Notes: generated by a model from the letters alone, not told the origin. Shown: positions 19,006 through 26,007, counted from the stretch's first letter. The stretch is 26,166 nucleotides of DNA from a virus (IMGVR_UViG_3300007547_000015:1-26166); one strand, 5' to 3'. Made by a program: numbers and translations.

Positions 19006-19689
19006 TTATCGGTATCGTGCAGAGTTCCGTGCCTCCTCAGCCCTGCGTTGATTCTCTTCCATTTCATTTAGTTGCGTTTCGTAGGCAAGGTCAACAAGAA
19101 CCTCTCCCATCCTCAATGAATATATCTCGCTAAACTTAGTGATGTCATTGTTAGCGAGCCTCTTCACTATTGCGTACCAGAACCAACGTGATGAGAAGGT
19201 ATCCTCCTGTATAGGCTCTTCATCTTCTTCTTCATCCGTTTCATCATGTACAACATATATTACCCCACTAAACTTGGTGAAGAGGTTGTATTCACGATTC
19301 TTCTTCATCTCATGTATGATGCCCATCATCGTGGTAGCATCCTCATCGCTTATTGCATTTATGTGAGCCTCCTCGTTTTCTGTGGTGTCATCAAATGATT
19401 CCTCGTCAATTGGTCTGACTATAAGAGAAAGCAGTCTTTGTGTCATGCCGTGCTTTATCTCATGCTCAAGATATATGAACTGAGTCAAGGTCATGTCCAA
19501 TATGTTCATGTAGACCTTGTACCTTGATTTTATGTCTGACTTATCGCAAGATGCGTGCTTCTCATTAAGAACATCGTCCATGTATTCAATGAACTCAATT
19601 CTCTCAGAGAATGGGACGGATGAGGCGAACTCTTCAAGTTTCCCATCGTTTATTGCTTGTAGAACCTCTAAAGCCTTTATGAATTTCAT
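19006..19689 (-). CDS. Probable tail assembly chaperone-like protein (227 aa)
   Basis: Acidic and helical; C-terminal WFWY..V..LA..DITK...I..L motif recurrent after TerL in Bacteroidota phages. Start reassigned to ATG 19689 (ATGA overlap with the TerL stop). Chaperone role is inference. Confidence 0.55.
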   Translation of the reverse strand: MKFIKALEVLQAINDGKLEEFASSVPFSERIEFIEYMDDVLNEKHASCDKSDIKSRYKVYMNILDMTLTQFIYLEHEIKHGMTQRLLSLIVRPIDEESFDDTTENEEAHINAISDEDATTMMGIIHEMKKNREYNLFTKFSGVIYVVHDETDEEEDEEPIQEDTFSSRWFWYAIVKRLANNDITKFSEIYSLRMGEVLVDLAYETQLNEMEENQRRAEEARNSARYR

Positions 19690-20936
19690 AGGAAGTATGT
19701 TACGCCACCATCCTGCTCCTCCTTTGCGCAATATGCACAAATGGCCAAACTCATAACCATATCGTCATGCTTGCCCTCCGTGTTACTGAACTGAAGGTTG
19801 CCTGTGATTGGGTTTCGTTTGGATTTGAAGTCGTACAATTCCTTCACCAACTCATTGTAGTCCGGAATTTTGATTACCTTATCCTCAAACAACTTGATTA
19901 GGTTTTTTATAATCTCCGGCTTTGATGCGCTTGTCGTGTGAAAAGGAATCATCTTGTACATCTTGTCATCGTCCGTAATCTCATCAAACAGCAGGTCGTT
20001 GTTGTTTACCTCAAAGTAGCACGCAGCCAACTTCTCATCGTGCTTTAAGTAGAAGTCCTTGATTCGTTGCTTGAATGATTCAGTATCTAACCTGTCCTCC
20101 TTGTAGTGGAATCTGTCAATGTCAATAACCTCGTACCTTTCGTTCATTGCAGTAAGAACGCTGTAGTCTTGTGCAACACCGATATCCATACCGATATATA
20201 TCCTTTCGTACTCTGATGGTTGGTGTTTGAGAAGTGACTCCTCTATGTTAGAGAATAAGGCATCTGAACTAACGGGCTTACAAAGGAACTCTTGGTCAAA
20301 CTGCGCCTTGGTCATATTCCTCTTGATACCAAGCACGGTCTTCTCTACATCTGGGTCTTTCAAGTCAAGGTATGTTCTACGAACCGAAACGATGTCATCC
20401 ACATTGCTTTTGTCAAGCCCACGCTGATACCAATCCCAATACCAATTCTTTCCGTTAAATGTGCTGCTCATTACCACACGACCACTTGTTCTTGTTACCA
20501 TAGGCAGCAAAACCTCGTTAATGAAGTCAACACGCATAAACGCAGCCTCGTCAATGTAGATGAAGTCAAGCGTAGCACCACGCAGGTTGTCCCCGGAGTC
20601 AGCAGAACGGAACTTAATGAAACTACCATTGTGAAAGAACATCTCATTGTTCTTCCTGTCAAACCGCTTTACTATCTGTTGGAATAGGTCTTGGTGATTG
20701 ATAAATGCAGCCTCTATGTCCTTCATCACCTTATTGGCTTGGTCTTGGATAGGACTCACCCAGAACATTCGTGTACGTGGGTTATTCAGACCTCGCATCA
20801 CGGCATCGTTCATCATCATAAAGGTCTTGCCTGTCTGACGGCCCGCAACAATAAGCGTAACAAATGGCTTGTCGTTGTGTATGACCTTTAGGAAGTCCTT
20901 CTGTGGCTGACTTGGGTTGTATAGATTAATCTTCAT
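19686..20936 (-). CDS. terL: Terminase large subunit (416 aa)
   Basis: Walker A GRQTGKT, LRG, Walker B FIYIDEAAF, coupling motif SST, nuclease GMDIG...D and HDDMVMSLA. Confidence 0.97.
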   Translation of the reverse strand: MKINLYNPSQPQKDFLKVIHNDKPFVTLIVAGRQTGKTFMMMNDAVMRGLNNPRTRMFWVSPIQDQANKVMKDIEAAFINHQDLFQQIVKRFDRKNNEMFFHNGSFIKFRSADSGDNLRGATLDFIYIDEAAFMRVDFINEVLLPMVTRTSGRVVMSSTFNGKNWYWDWYQRGLDKSNVDDIVSVRRTYLDLKDPDVEKTVLGIKRNMTKAQFDQEFLCKPVSSDALFSNIEESLLKHQPSEYERIYIGMDIGVAQDYSVLTAMNERYEVIDIDRFHYKEDRLDTESFKQRIKDFYLKHDEKLAACYFEVNNNDLLFDEITDDDKMYKMIPFHTTSASKPEIIKNLIKLFEDKVIKIPDYNELVKELYDFKSKRNPITGNLQFSNTEGKHDDMVMSLAICAYCAKEEQDGGVTYFL

Positions 20937-21384
20937 AATCTACGTCAAGATACATCGCATCCTCGTCAATAGGCTTTGTAAGGTCAATGGTAGCCTTCAC
21001 ATCAATCTTGGTCTGCTGAACCTTCACAGGGGCTTTGTATCCCTGCATATCATTGATGATTTTAATCGTCTCCAATGCAACCTTCGTGTCTCCATTGATA
21101 AATGCCTCGTCACGCATCTTTACGAGTATGTCAAGGTTACTCCCCTTCGCTACCTCTATTCGTTCCTCAGAGAGCCTTACAGCGTCTCGTAGGGCCAGAT
21201 AGAATGCCGTGCCTTGGTTGTTCTTGTCACGATAGTAACTCGTGTAGTTTAATTCCTTGGCAATCTTGCCTTGGTTGGTGATTCCCTCCTCACGCACACG
21301 CTCAAGGAACTTATCCTGCAAGGGAGTCAGTTCAGCACCACGACCTATAACCACTTCACCCTCTCTGTTTCTTATTGACCCCAT
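20926..21384 (-). CDS. terS: Probable terminase small subunit (152 aa)
   Basis: Overlaps the TerL start; N-terminal LTPxQxKF and HTH-like segment, central helices, C-terminal beta strand and acidic tail. Confidence 0.7.
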   Translation of the reverse strand: MGSIRNREGEVVIGRGAELTPLQDKFLERVREEGITNQGKIAKELNYTSYYRDKNNQGTAFYLALRDAVRLSEERIEVAKGSNLDILVKMRDEAFINGDTKVALETIKIINDMQGYKAPVKVQQTKIDVKATIDLTKPIDEDAMYLDVDYED

Positions 21385-21646
21385 ATACCGGACGATTATC
21401 TAAAACAAACTTATCTTGGAAAACCAATGACTCATACTTCGGTGTGTGTTCGTGGTGATAGTATTTGAAGAGGTTACTCTTAACCCTCATCACACAACTA
21501 CCACACATCGTGTTTACGTTCTCAGCCTTCGTGATGAACCTGCTCTTACCAACAAGTGCGTTGTGAACACGGAACATTTCCGCCTTCAGTTCACCCTTTG
21601 GGAACGACACACGCAACAACTCAAGTAGCAACTGCTCCATATCCAT
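21356..21646 (-). CDS. Hypothetical protein with CGSC motif (96 aa)
   Basis: Start reassigned to ATG 21646 (MDMEQLL) because a promoter-like element lies 5 nt upstream; contains MCGSCV. Confidence 0.7.
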   Translation of the reverse strand: MDMEQLLLELLRVSFPKGELKAEMFRVHNALVGKSRFITKAENVNTMCGSCVMRVKSNLFKYYHHEHTPKYESLVFQDKFVLDNRPVYGVNKKQRG

Positions 21647-21649
21647 ACT

Positions 21650-21660
21650 CAAATATACAA
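21650..21660 (-). promoter_or_regulatory. TTG-TATATTTG element at the head of the late arm
   Basis: Minus strand TTTGTATATTTGAGTATG: an exact Bacteroidota -7 consensus (TAnnTTTG) and also a TTGTAnATT match. No clear -33 TTTG. Confidence 0.65.
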
Positions 21661-21696
21661 ACGAATGACCATTCATTAAAATAATTCATATCCCCC

Positions 21697-21800
21697 ATAG
21701 TAACTATAATAGTTACACTATAATAGTAACTATACTATAGATACCCTTATAGGGTATCTTATAGTTACTATACTATAATAGTTACTATATACAAAATAGT
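21697..21800. repeat. Nested palindrome array around a central hairpin (candidate origin or packaging-protein site)
   Basis: ACTATAATAGT at 21703, 21717, 21772; ATAGT(A/T)ACTAT at 21697, 21723, 21761, 21778; central AGATACCCT-TAT-AGGGTATCT at 21739-21759. Confidence 0.9.
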
Positions 21801-21848
21801 TCGCCACATTATCCCTTATTGTTAAAAAATAATTCATCATCTGGGTCA

Positions 21849-21879
21849 GTACGTACAACATATGCGGTTTTGTACGTAC
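21849..21879. repeat. 10-bp inverted repeat GTACGTACAA-N11-TTGTACGTAC
   Basis: Perfect arms at 21849-21858 and 21870-21879; outer CATCT (21838) / AGATG (21881) can extend the stem. Confidence 0.85.
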
Positions 21880-22040
21880 AAGATGGCCACCCCCCCGTCA
21901 TCCCCTCCCCCCGGTCAGAGTAGTCAACCATACCCAGCAGAAAAAATTTTTCCGGTCATGAAAAAAAAGCCCTTTCCGTGCGCCCGTTATACGACAAAAA
22001 TAGTTCTTATGCAATAGAAAAAATTAGAAAGTTTTGCCGC

Positions 22041-22048
22041 TAACTTTG
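22041..22048 (+). promoter_or_regulatory. Candidate early promoter, Bacteroidota -7 element TAACTTTG
   Basis: Exact TAnnTTTG, 77 nt upstream of the first plus-strand ATG and followed by an A-rich leader. No canonical -33 TTTG at 19-21 nt. Confidence 0.6.
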
Positions 22049-22125
22049 TCCATCGGAAAACGAAACAAAAACAAAAACTTAAAAAAAACCACTTAACCGG
22101 GCGAGAGCCACAATTCAAAAAAACC

Positions 22126-22455
22126 ATGAAAAACCAAATGAACACCACAAGCGTAACCATGTACCAAGTAAACACTAAAGGCGAAAAGGTCGCTAAAATT
22201 GGCGGGGCAGCCAATGAAATAGAGGCTGCACTCTATGCCCTGCGTATCGTCCGAAAGGCCGTAGCCATGGGAACTAAAGCAGGTAACCACTATTTGCGCA
22301 AATTGAACTTGTCCAAGGCTCAAGAAATTACCTTCCCCACCATGGACAAAAATATTTTCCTATCCTCACGGGCGGTACGCCTCGGCCAATTTATTGACTA
22401 TTCGCCCGCTGTACTTGAGGCCGTCATTGAGGAACTTACCGCCAAAGCCCTCTAA
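22126..22455 (+). CDS. Hypothetical early protein (109 aa)
   Basis: First gene of the divergent arm; AAAAAAACC-ATG context, no SD. Confidence 0.8.
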   Translation: MKNQMNTTSVTMYQVNTKGEKVAKIGGAANEIEAALYALRIVRKAVAMGTKAGNHYLRKLNLSKAQEITFPTMDKNIFLSSRAVRLGQFIDYSPAVLEAVIEELTAKAL

Positions 22456-22483
22456 ATAATTAACAGCCTAAAACATCTGAGCC

Positions 22484-22678
22484 ATGCGTATTTTTCATGT
22501 AGCCAAAGAAGCAACCCGGGGCCGTAATACTCGGGAAGCCAACAAGACGGCCCAAGGCAAAGCCAAGGGCGGGAAAATGGCCCGGACACAGGCGAAATTG
22601 GATGCGCAAATTTCACTTATCTCAATGAGAATTGAAAGGGCCGATGCCCAAAGGTCAGCCCGAAGGGCCAAGCGTTAA
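22484..22678 (+). CDS. Small very basic protein (64 aa)
   Basis: ORF track; Arg/Lys/Ala-rich; AGCC-ATG context. Confidence 0.6.
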   Translation: MRIFHVAKEATRGRNTREANKTAQGKAKGGKMARTQAKLDAQISLISMRIERADAQRSARRAKR

Positions 22679-22876
22679 GAGCGCATAACATCCGCAGGGC
22701 GGGACACTACGGCAAGGCTGTAGATGGTGGAGACCACACCTTACAACGGACTAAAGCACCCAAGGGCGCATACTATGTGCGCTCATTCAATGGGGACGAT
22801 GCTCAACGCATTGCCTATTGTCTAAAATTGGGTGACTTTAGGCCGTTGAACAAAAACCTATTTAATCTTTTCAATC

Positions 22877-23017
22877 ATGAAAAAAGTACAAACCCTTGAG
22901 GACTTTGCAGTTCTCGCCATCGGTGCATTTACTATCTGCATCGGATTGGTGGCCTTCATGGCTATCGCCTCAGTAATCGTGAAGACGGCTGAGAATCTTG
23001 ACAAATTAATGTTTTGA
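22877..23017 (+). CDS. 46-aa single-pass membrane protein (not in ORF track)
   Basis: MKKVQTLEDFAVLAIGAFTICIGLVAFMAIASVIVKTAENLDKLMF*; uninterrupted 26-residue uncharged hydrophobic stretch; AT-rich upstream, AATC-ATG. Confidence 0.8.
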   Translation: MKKVQTLEDFAVLAIGAFTICIGLVAFMAIASVIVKTAENLDKLMF

Positions 23018-23032
23018 AAATTTTCCAGAGAA

Positions 23033-23179
23033 ATGACACATGCGCAAATCCGCCAAATGCTGCACGACACCACAGCACCAATGCCCAAAGATGAGAAGGA
23101 GATTATCATCTATGGAGACGAAGCCATTCACCCTTCAAACGCTTATTACTCACTTTTCCAAAAACAAATAAAACCATGA
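23033..23179 (+). CDS. 48-aa hypothetical protein (not in ORF track)
   Basis: MTHAQIRQMLHDTTAPMPKDEKEIIIYGDEAIHPSNAYYSLFQKQIKP*; fills the gap, ATGA overlap with the next gene. Confidence 0.65.
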   Translation: MTHAQIRQMLHDTTAPMPKDEKEIIIYGDEAIHPSNAYYSLFQKQIKP

Positions 23180-23469
23180 CACGAGAAGACCTAAATAAAG
23201 TATTGGGCAAGGATGTAGAAACCTTGGCCAACTCACGCTTTGCCGATGACTTTGAAAAGCCATTGAACATAAACGGCAACCGAAGCACACGAGGAATGTG
23301 GAACTTGATTCTTTTGAAGGGCGAGGTTCGCCTGTACAGCAAAGGGATAAAGCCAAACAGACATTGGAAAATCACGCAGGTAAAGGACTACCTCGGTATG
23401 ACCGGAAACGCTGAAACAATCCTGCGCAAACTTGAAGCCTTACACGATTACATCAAAGCAAATTACTAA
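23176..23469 (+). CDS. Hypothetical protein (97 aa)
   Basis: ORF track; AAATAAAACC-ATG context. Confidence 0.82.
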   Translation: MTREDLNKVLGKDVETLANSRFADDFEKPLNINGNRSTRGMWNLILLKGEVRLYSKGIKPNRHWKITQVKDYLGMTGNAETILRKLEALHDYIKANY

Positions 23470-23473
23470 GACC

Positions 23474-23812
23474 ATGTACATAGACATCATCCCCTCAGAT
23501 TACCGAAGTGTCCGCCATTGGAGATGCGAAAACGACACCTACGGAAACCCACGATACTACATATTCGCCCTTGACTTTTACCCGATATTTCCGGGAGGAG
23601 ATAAATTGAAAGCGGACATGAAGCAATTCGGACTCAAGCCGGTGCGGAATAAATCCATCAACAATTACCTCATGTTTGAATATGTTGGATACAGCGTTCA
23701 AACTAAAATTGACACAATCTTATCGCACCTTTCCAGCGAGAAATTGGCTAAAATGACTGATGCAGAATACGAACACATGGCCCACGCTGCATGGGCTGCA
23801 AACGAAAAATAA
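23474..23812 (+). CDS. Hypothetical protein with NDxYGNPRY motif (112 aa)
   Basis: Start reassigned to ATG 23474, 4 nt after the upstream stop. Confidence 0.78.
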   Translation: MYIDIIPSDYRSVRHWRCENDTYGNPRYYIFALDFYPIFPGGDKLKADMKQFGLKPVRNKSINNYLMFEYVGYSVQTKIDTILSHLSSEKLAKMTDAEYEHMAHAAWAANEK

Positions 23813-23829
23813 ATCTAAAACAAAACAAA

Positions 23830-24174
23830 ATGGGATTCTTTTCTTGGAACGCCTCTAACACAGGCAAAAGCATTGCTAATTCTTACAGCAAGAAGCGCAC
23901 ATTCACCGTTGCTATGGTGGACGATAAAAACAACATTTGGATTGAGCCAAATTACGAAGGGTATGGTGAGTTTGGTGGAAAGGATTTCTACGAACTCCTC
24001 GCTCAAATGAACGGACTCAAGACGAGAGAGCAGGGGATTGACATTGCCTTCTGTGAAGACAAAGACAAATACATCTACCCTTGCCTCTATCAAGTCAAGG
24101 ATGGAAAAATTCCCCGGTGGAAACATTATTTCGGTGGCCCAGAGTCATGCGATTTTCAAGGATTTTTTTATTAA
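23830..24174 (+). CDS. Conserved phage hypothetical protein, MGFFSW/YEGYGEFGGKDFY type (114 aa)
   Basis: Start reassigned to ATG 23830 after an A-rich leader; I recognise the motif set from phage early regions, function unknown. Confidence 0.82.
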   Translation: MGFFSWNASNTGKSIANSYSKKRTFTVAMVDDKNNIWIEPNYEGYGEFGGKDFYELLAQMNGLKTREQGIDIAFCEDKDKYIYPCLYQVKDGKIPRWKHYFGGPESCDFQGFFY

Positions 24175-24209
24175 TCAACCCCCAACCAATCACAAAAACA
24201 AAAACCAAG

Positions 24210-24575
24210 ATGAAAAAGAAAATGCAATTTGCCGACTTCATGGGAACCGACTTAATCCAAAAGATTGACACGGTATTGGCTTGCGAAATGGGTGCATCTG
24301 CCCGCAAAGCAATCCTAATGTCTATGTATTACCGCCTCAAGCAGAAAAAGCGTGACGAATGGCCAAACTTAAATACCCAACGAGCAGTCCATACCGACCT
24401 AATCAGTGGCCTGTTTGATTGGGGAGGTAGCGGAGTGAAGACAGACCGGGGCGAGTTTTACTATTGGAAAAGTATCAACACGATGTTCAACCACCTCTTG
24501 TCTCAATATCATTACAACTTTGATTTCTACTGCGATGTAACTAAATCAATCTTCTCAAACTACAGCGAAGAATGA
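24210..24575 (+). CDS. Hypothetical protein (121 aa)
   Basis: Start reassigned to ATG 24210 after an A/C-rich leader; ATGA overlap with the next gene. Confidence 0.75.
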   Translation: MKKKMQFADFMGTDLIQKIDTVLACEMGASARKAILMSMYYRLKQKKRDEWPNLNTQRAVHTDLISGLFDWGGSGVKTDRGEFYYWKSINTMFNHLLSQYHYNFDFYCDVTKSIFSNYSEE

Positions 24576-25165
24576 AACTAACAGCCCTAACCCCAAGCAT
24601 TGAAAAGAAGGTACGCAAGAATTTGCGTACCCTCTTTGACCAAGCCACGAACGAACAACTAAAGTCCGGGAGTACTTGGTACAAACGAGCGCATGACATC
24701 TGCCTTGATTACGCTAAAGAGTTCGGAACTACCACCGAAATAGTAGCCAACATCATTAGTGCGCTGTCCCCAAGAAATAAGTGGGAAAGAAACATTCAAG
24801 ATTGTCACCGTGTACTTACTGCGGTAAGGCGTGGCCACAACCCCGAAGATGTGAAAGTTTGCACATTTAATACAAACAAGTACAAGGCGTTTGACATTGC
24901 GATTAATGGCGCAATCATTAGCAAGTCAGCACCAAAAACATATTCCTTTGTCCGAAACATATCGGCCTTGGATTCGCAGCGGGTTACCATTGATGTATGG
25001 CATCTTCGTGCCTGCTTTGGTAAGACGATTGAGGGAGGCTTAACGCCATCCCGGTACAAGCGATTGGAGGAAATAACAATCCAAGAAGCGAAGAAAGTTG
25101 GCCTTCGGGGCTATGAGTATCAAGCAATTATTTGGGAAGTAATCCGCACAACAAATGACAACTAA
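24572..25165 (+). CDS. Helical DNA-acting protein, possibly HhH-glycosylase-like (197 aa)
   Basis: WY..AH, IISALSP...WE.N, PKT.SF..NI, VTIDVWH.RA, YQAIIW. The D-x-W/H-x-x-R segment parallels the catalytic Asp motif of HhH-GPD glycosylases. The CDS is secure; the function is tentative. Confidence 0.6.
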   Translation: MKLTALTPSIEKKVRKNLRTLFDQATNEQLKSGSTWYKRAHDICLDYAKEFGTTTEIVANIISALSPRNKWERNIQDCHRVLTAVRRGHNPEDVKVCTFNTNKYKAFDIAINGAIISKSAPKTYSFVRNISALDSQRVTIDVWHLRACFGKTIEGGLTPSRYKRLEEITIQEAKKVGLRGYEYQAIIWEVIRTTNDN

Positions 25166-25295
25166 TTATTCACAAGAATCGGCAAATCAATTGGTTCGTT
25201 TCCAGGCCGAAATGATTAAGAAACTCCAAGGTGAGGTTTACTCACTCAAGCAAGAACTAAATGCGTGCTACGCACAAATACCACAACAAAAATGA
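25155..25295 (+). CDS. 46-aa coiled-coil microprotein (not in ORF track)
   Basis: MTTNYSQESANQLVRFQAEMIKKLQGEVYSLKQELNACYAQIPQQK*; heptad pattern; overlaps both neighbours. Confidence 0.7.
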   Translation: MTTNYSQESANQLVRFQAEMIKKLQGEVYSLKQELNACYAQIPQQK

Positions 25296-25525
25296 ACTAC
25301 ATTGACCTTGAGGGTGAAGACCCTATGCGATTCGGTATTGAAGTTTCAATGACCGGGAGTTACCAACTCAGAACAGCAACGGAGGGTGCTGACTACATGA
25401 CACGAGAGTACTCGTATGTTGAGATGCTTGAACCCTTCGCAATGTTTGTGAACGGACACGAAGTCAAACTACCAAAAGAACTGATTGACAAAATTGAGGA
25501 ATCTTTAATCTCTTATCTTGACTAA
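25292..25525 (+). CDS. Hypothetical acidic protein (77 aa)
   Basis: Start reassigned to ATG 25292 (ATGA overlap). Confidence 0.75.
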   Translation: MNYIDLEGEDPMRFGIEVSMTGSYQLRTATEGADYMTREYSYVEMLEPFAMFVNGHEVKLPKELIDKIEESLISYLD

Positions 25526-25526
25526 A

Positions 25527-25730
25527 ATGACAATCTCATATACTGAAACCAAGGTGTACTTCAAGTACAAGTTCGCTGAGAAAAAAGCCCTAATAGCCAC
25601 CTTTGAGTGTCAAGAGACATACCTAAAGATGCTACCTCATCTTAAGCAACTTTGCTACAATGAAGGGTTTGACAAATTAATAGAAGAATCAAAAACCATT
25701 GTTGAAATGGAAGTATGGCCCCAAATCTAA
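25527..25730 (+). CDS. Hypothetical protein (67 aa)
   Basis: Start reassigned to ATG 25527, 1 nt after the upstream stop. Confidence 0.7.
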   Translation: MTISYTETKVYFKYKFAEKKALIATFECQETYLKMLPHLKQLCYNEGFDKLIEESKTIVEMEVWPQI

Positions 25731-25735
25731 TCAAA

Positions 25736-25981
25736 ATGAGTACAAGAAACACACACTCGCAAAAGTTCTCCCACCTTCTCGTGGGTCGTAAAATCGTAGG
25801 ATGCCGTTACCTGTCAACGGATGAGATGACCTCCTTCGGTTGGTACAGCAACCCTCTCGTTCTAATCTTAGACGATGCAACACATATAATTTTCCAGAGC
25901 GATGACGAAGGAAACGATGGTGGTGCTGCGATGATTTTGAATATGAATCAGAATATTGAAACTATTGCATACACGATTTGA
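25736..25981 (+). CDS. Conserved phage hypothetical protein with DDEGNDGGA motif (81 aa)
   Basis: Start reassigned to ATG 25736; LVGRKI...RYL...E...GW...L.LDD...DDEGN.GG pattern. Confidence 0.78.
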   Translation: MSTRNTHSQKFSHLLVGRKIVGCRYLSTDEMTSFGWYSNPLVLILDDATHIIFQSDDEGNDGGAAMILNMNQNIETIAYTI

Positions 25982-26007
25982 TAATTCATTTTTTATTCAT
26001 AGTTTAG
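25977..26007 (+). promoter_or_regulatory. Bacteroidota sigma-A-type promoter TTTG-N19-TAGTTTAG
   Basis: -33 TTTG at 25977-25980, 19-nt spacer, -7 element at 26000-26007 (one mismatch to TAnnTTTG); ATG follows after 4 nt. Confidence 0.7.

Noticed and set aside
19006-19740. ORF-track N-terminal extensions (19740, 16621, 4667, 21676, 23432, 23791, 24081, 25265) and a G/GT-type chaperone frameshift
   Set aside because: Downstream ATGs give tight stop/start coupling or better context. I saw no convincing slippery site with a second open frame in the putative chaperone gene.
206-21628. Other plus-strand ORFs within the structural arm (e.g. 2220-2684, 15972-16445, 17556-17957, 20292-20687)
   Set aside because: Fully overlapped by well-supported minus-strand genes; compositions look like antisense shadows.
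21697-21800. Possible CRISPR array
   Set aside because: Units are 5-17 bp, overlapping and lack unique spacers; no cas genes in the window.
22100-22109. GGC-GAGA-GCC mini-hairpin in the early leader (boxB-like)
   Set aside because: Only a 3-bp stem, no second copy or boxA seen; too weak to call.
22680-22860. tRNA or known self-cleaving ribozyme in the early-arm gap
   Set aside because: No T-loop GTTC/cloverleaf and no hammerhead CTGATGA...GAAA core seen; kept only as an unassigned structured or recoding candidate.
21987-25059. Minus-strand ORFs in the early arm (e.g. 21987-22214, 22858-23109, 23815-24126)
   Set aside because: Phe-rich mirror images of A-rich plus-strand genes and leaders; the plus strand is already tiled with coupled genes.
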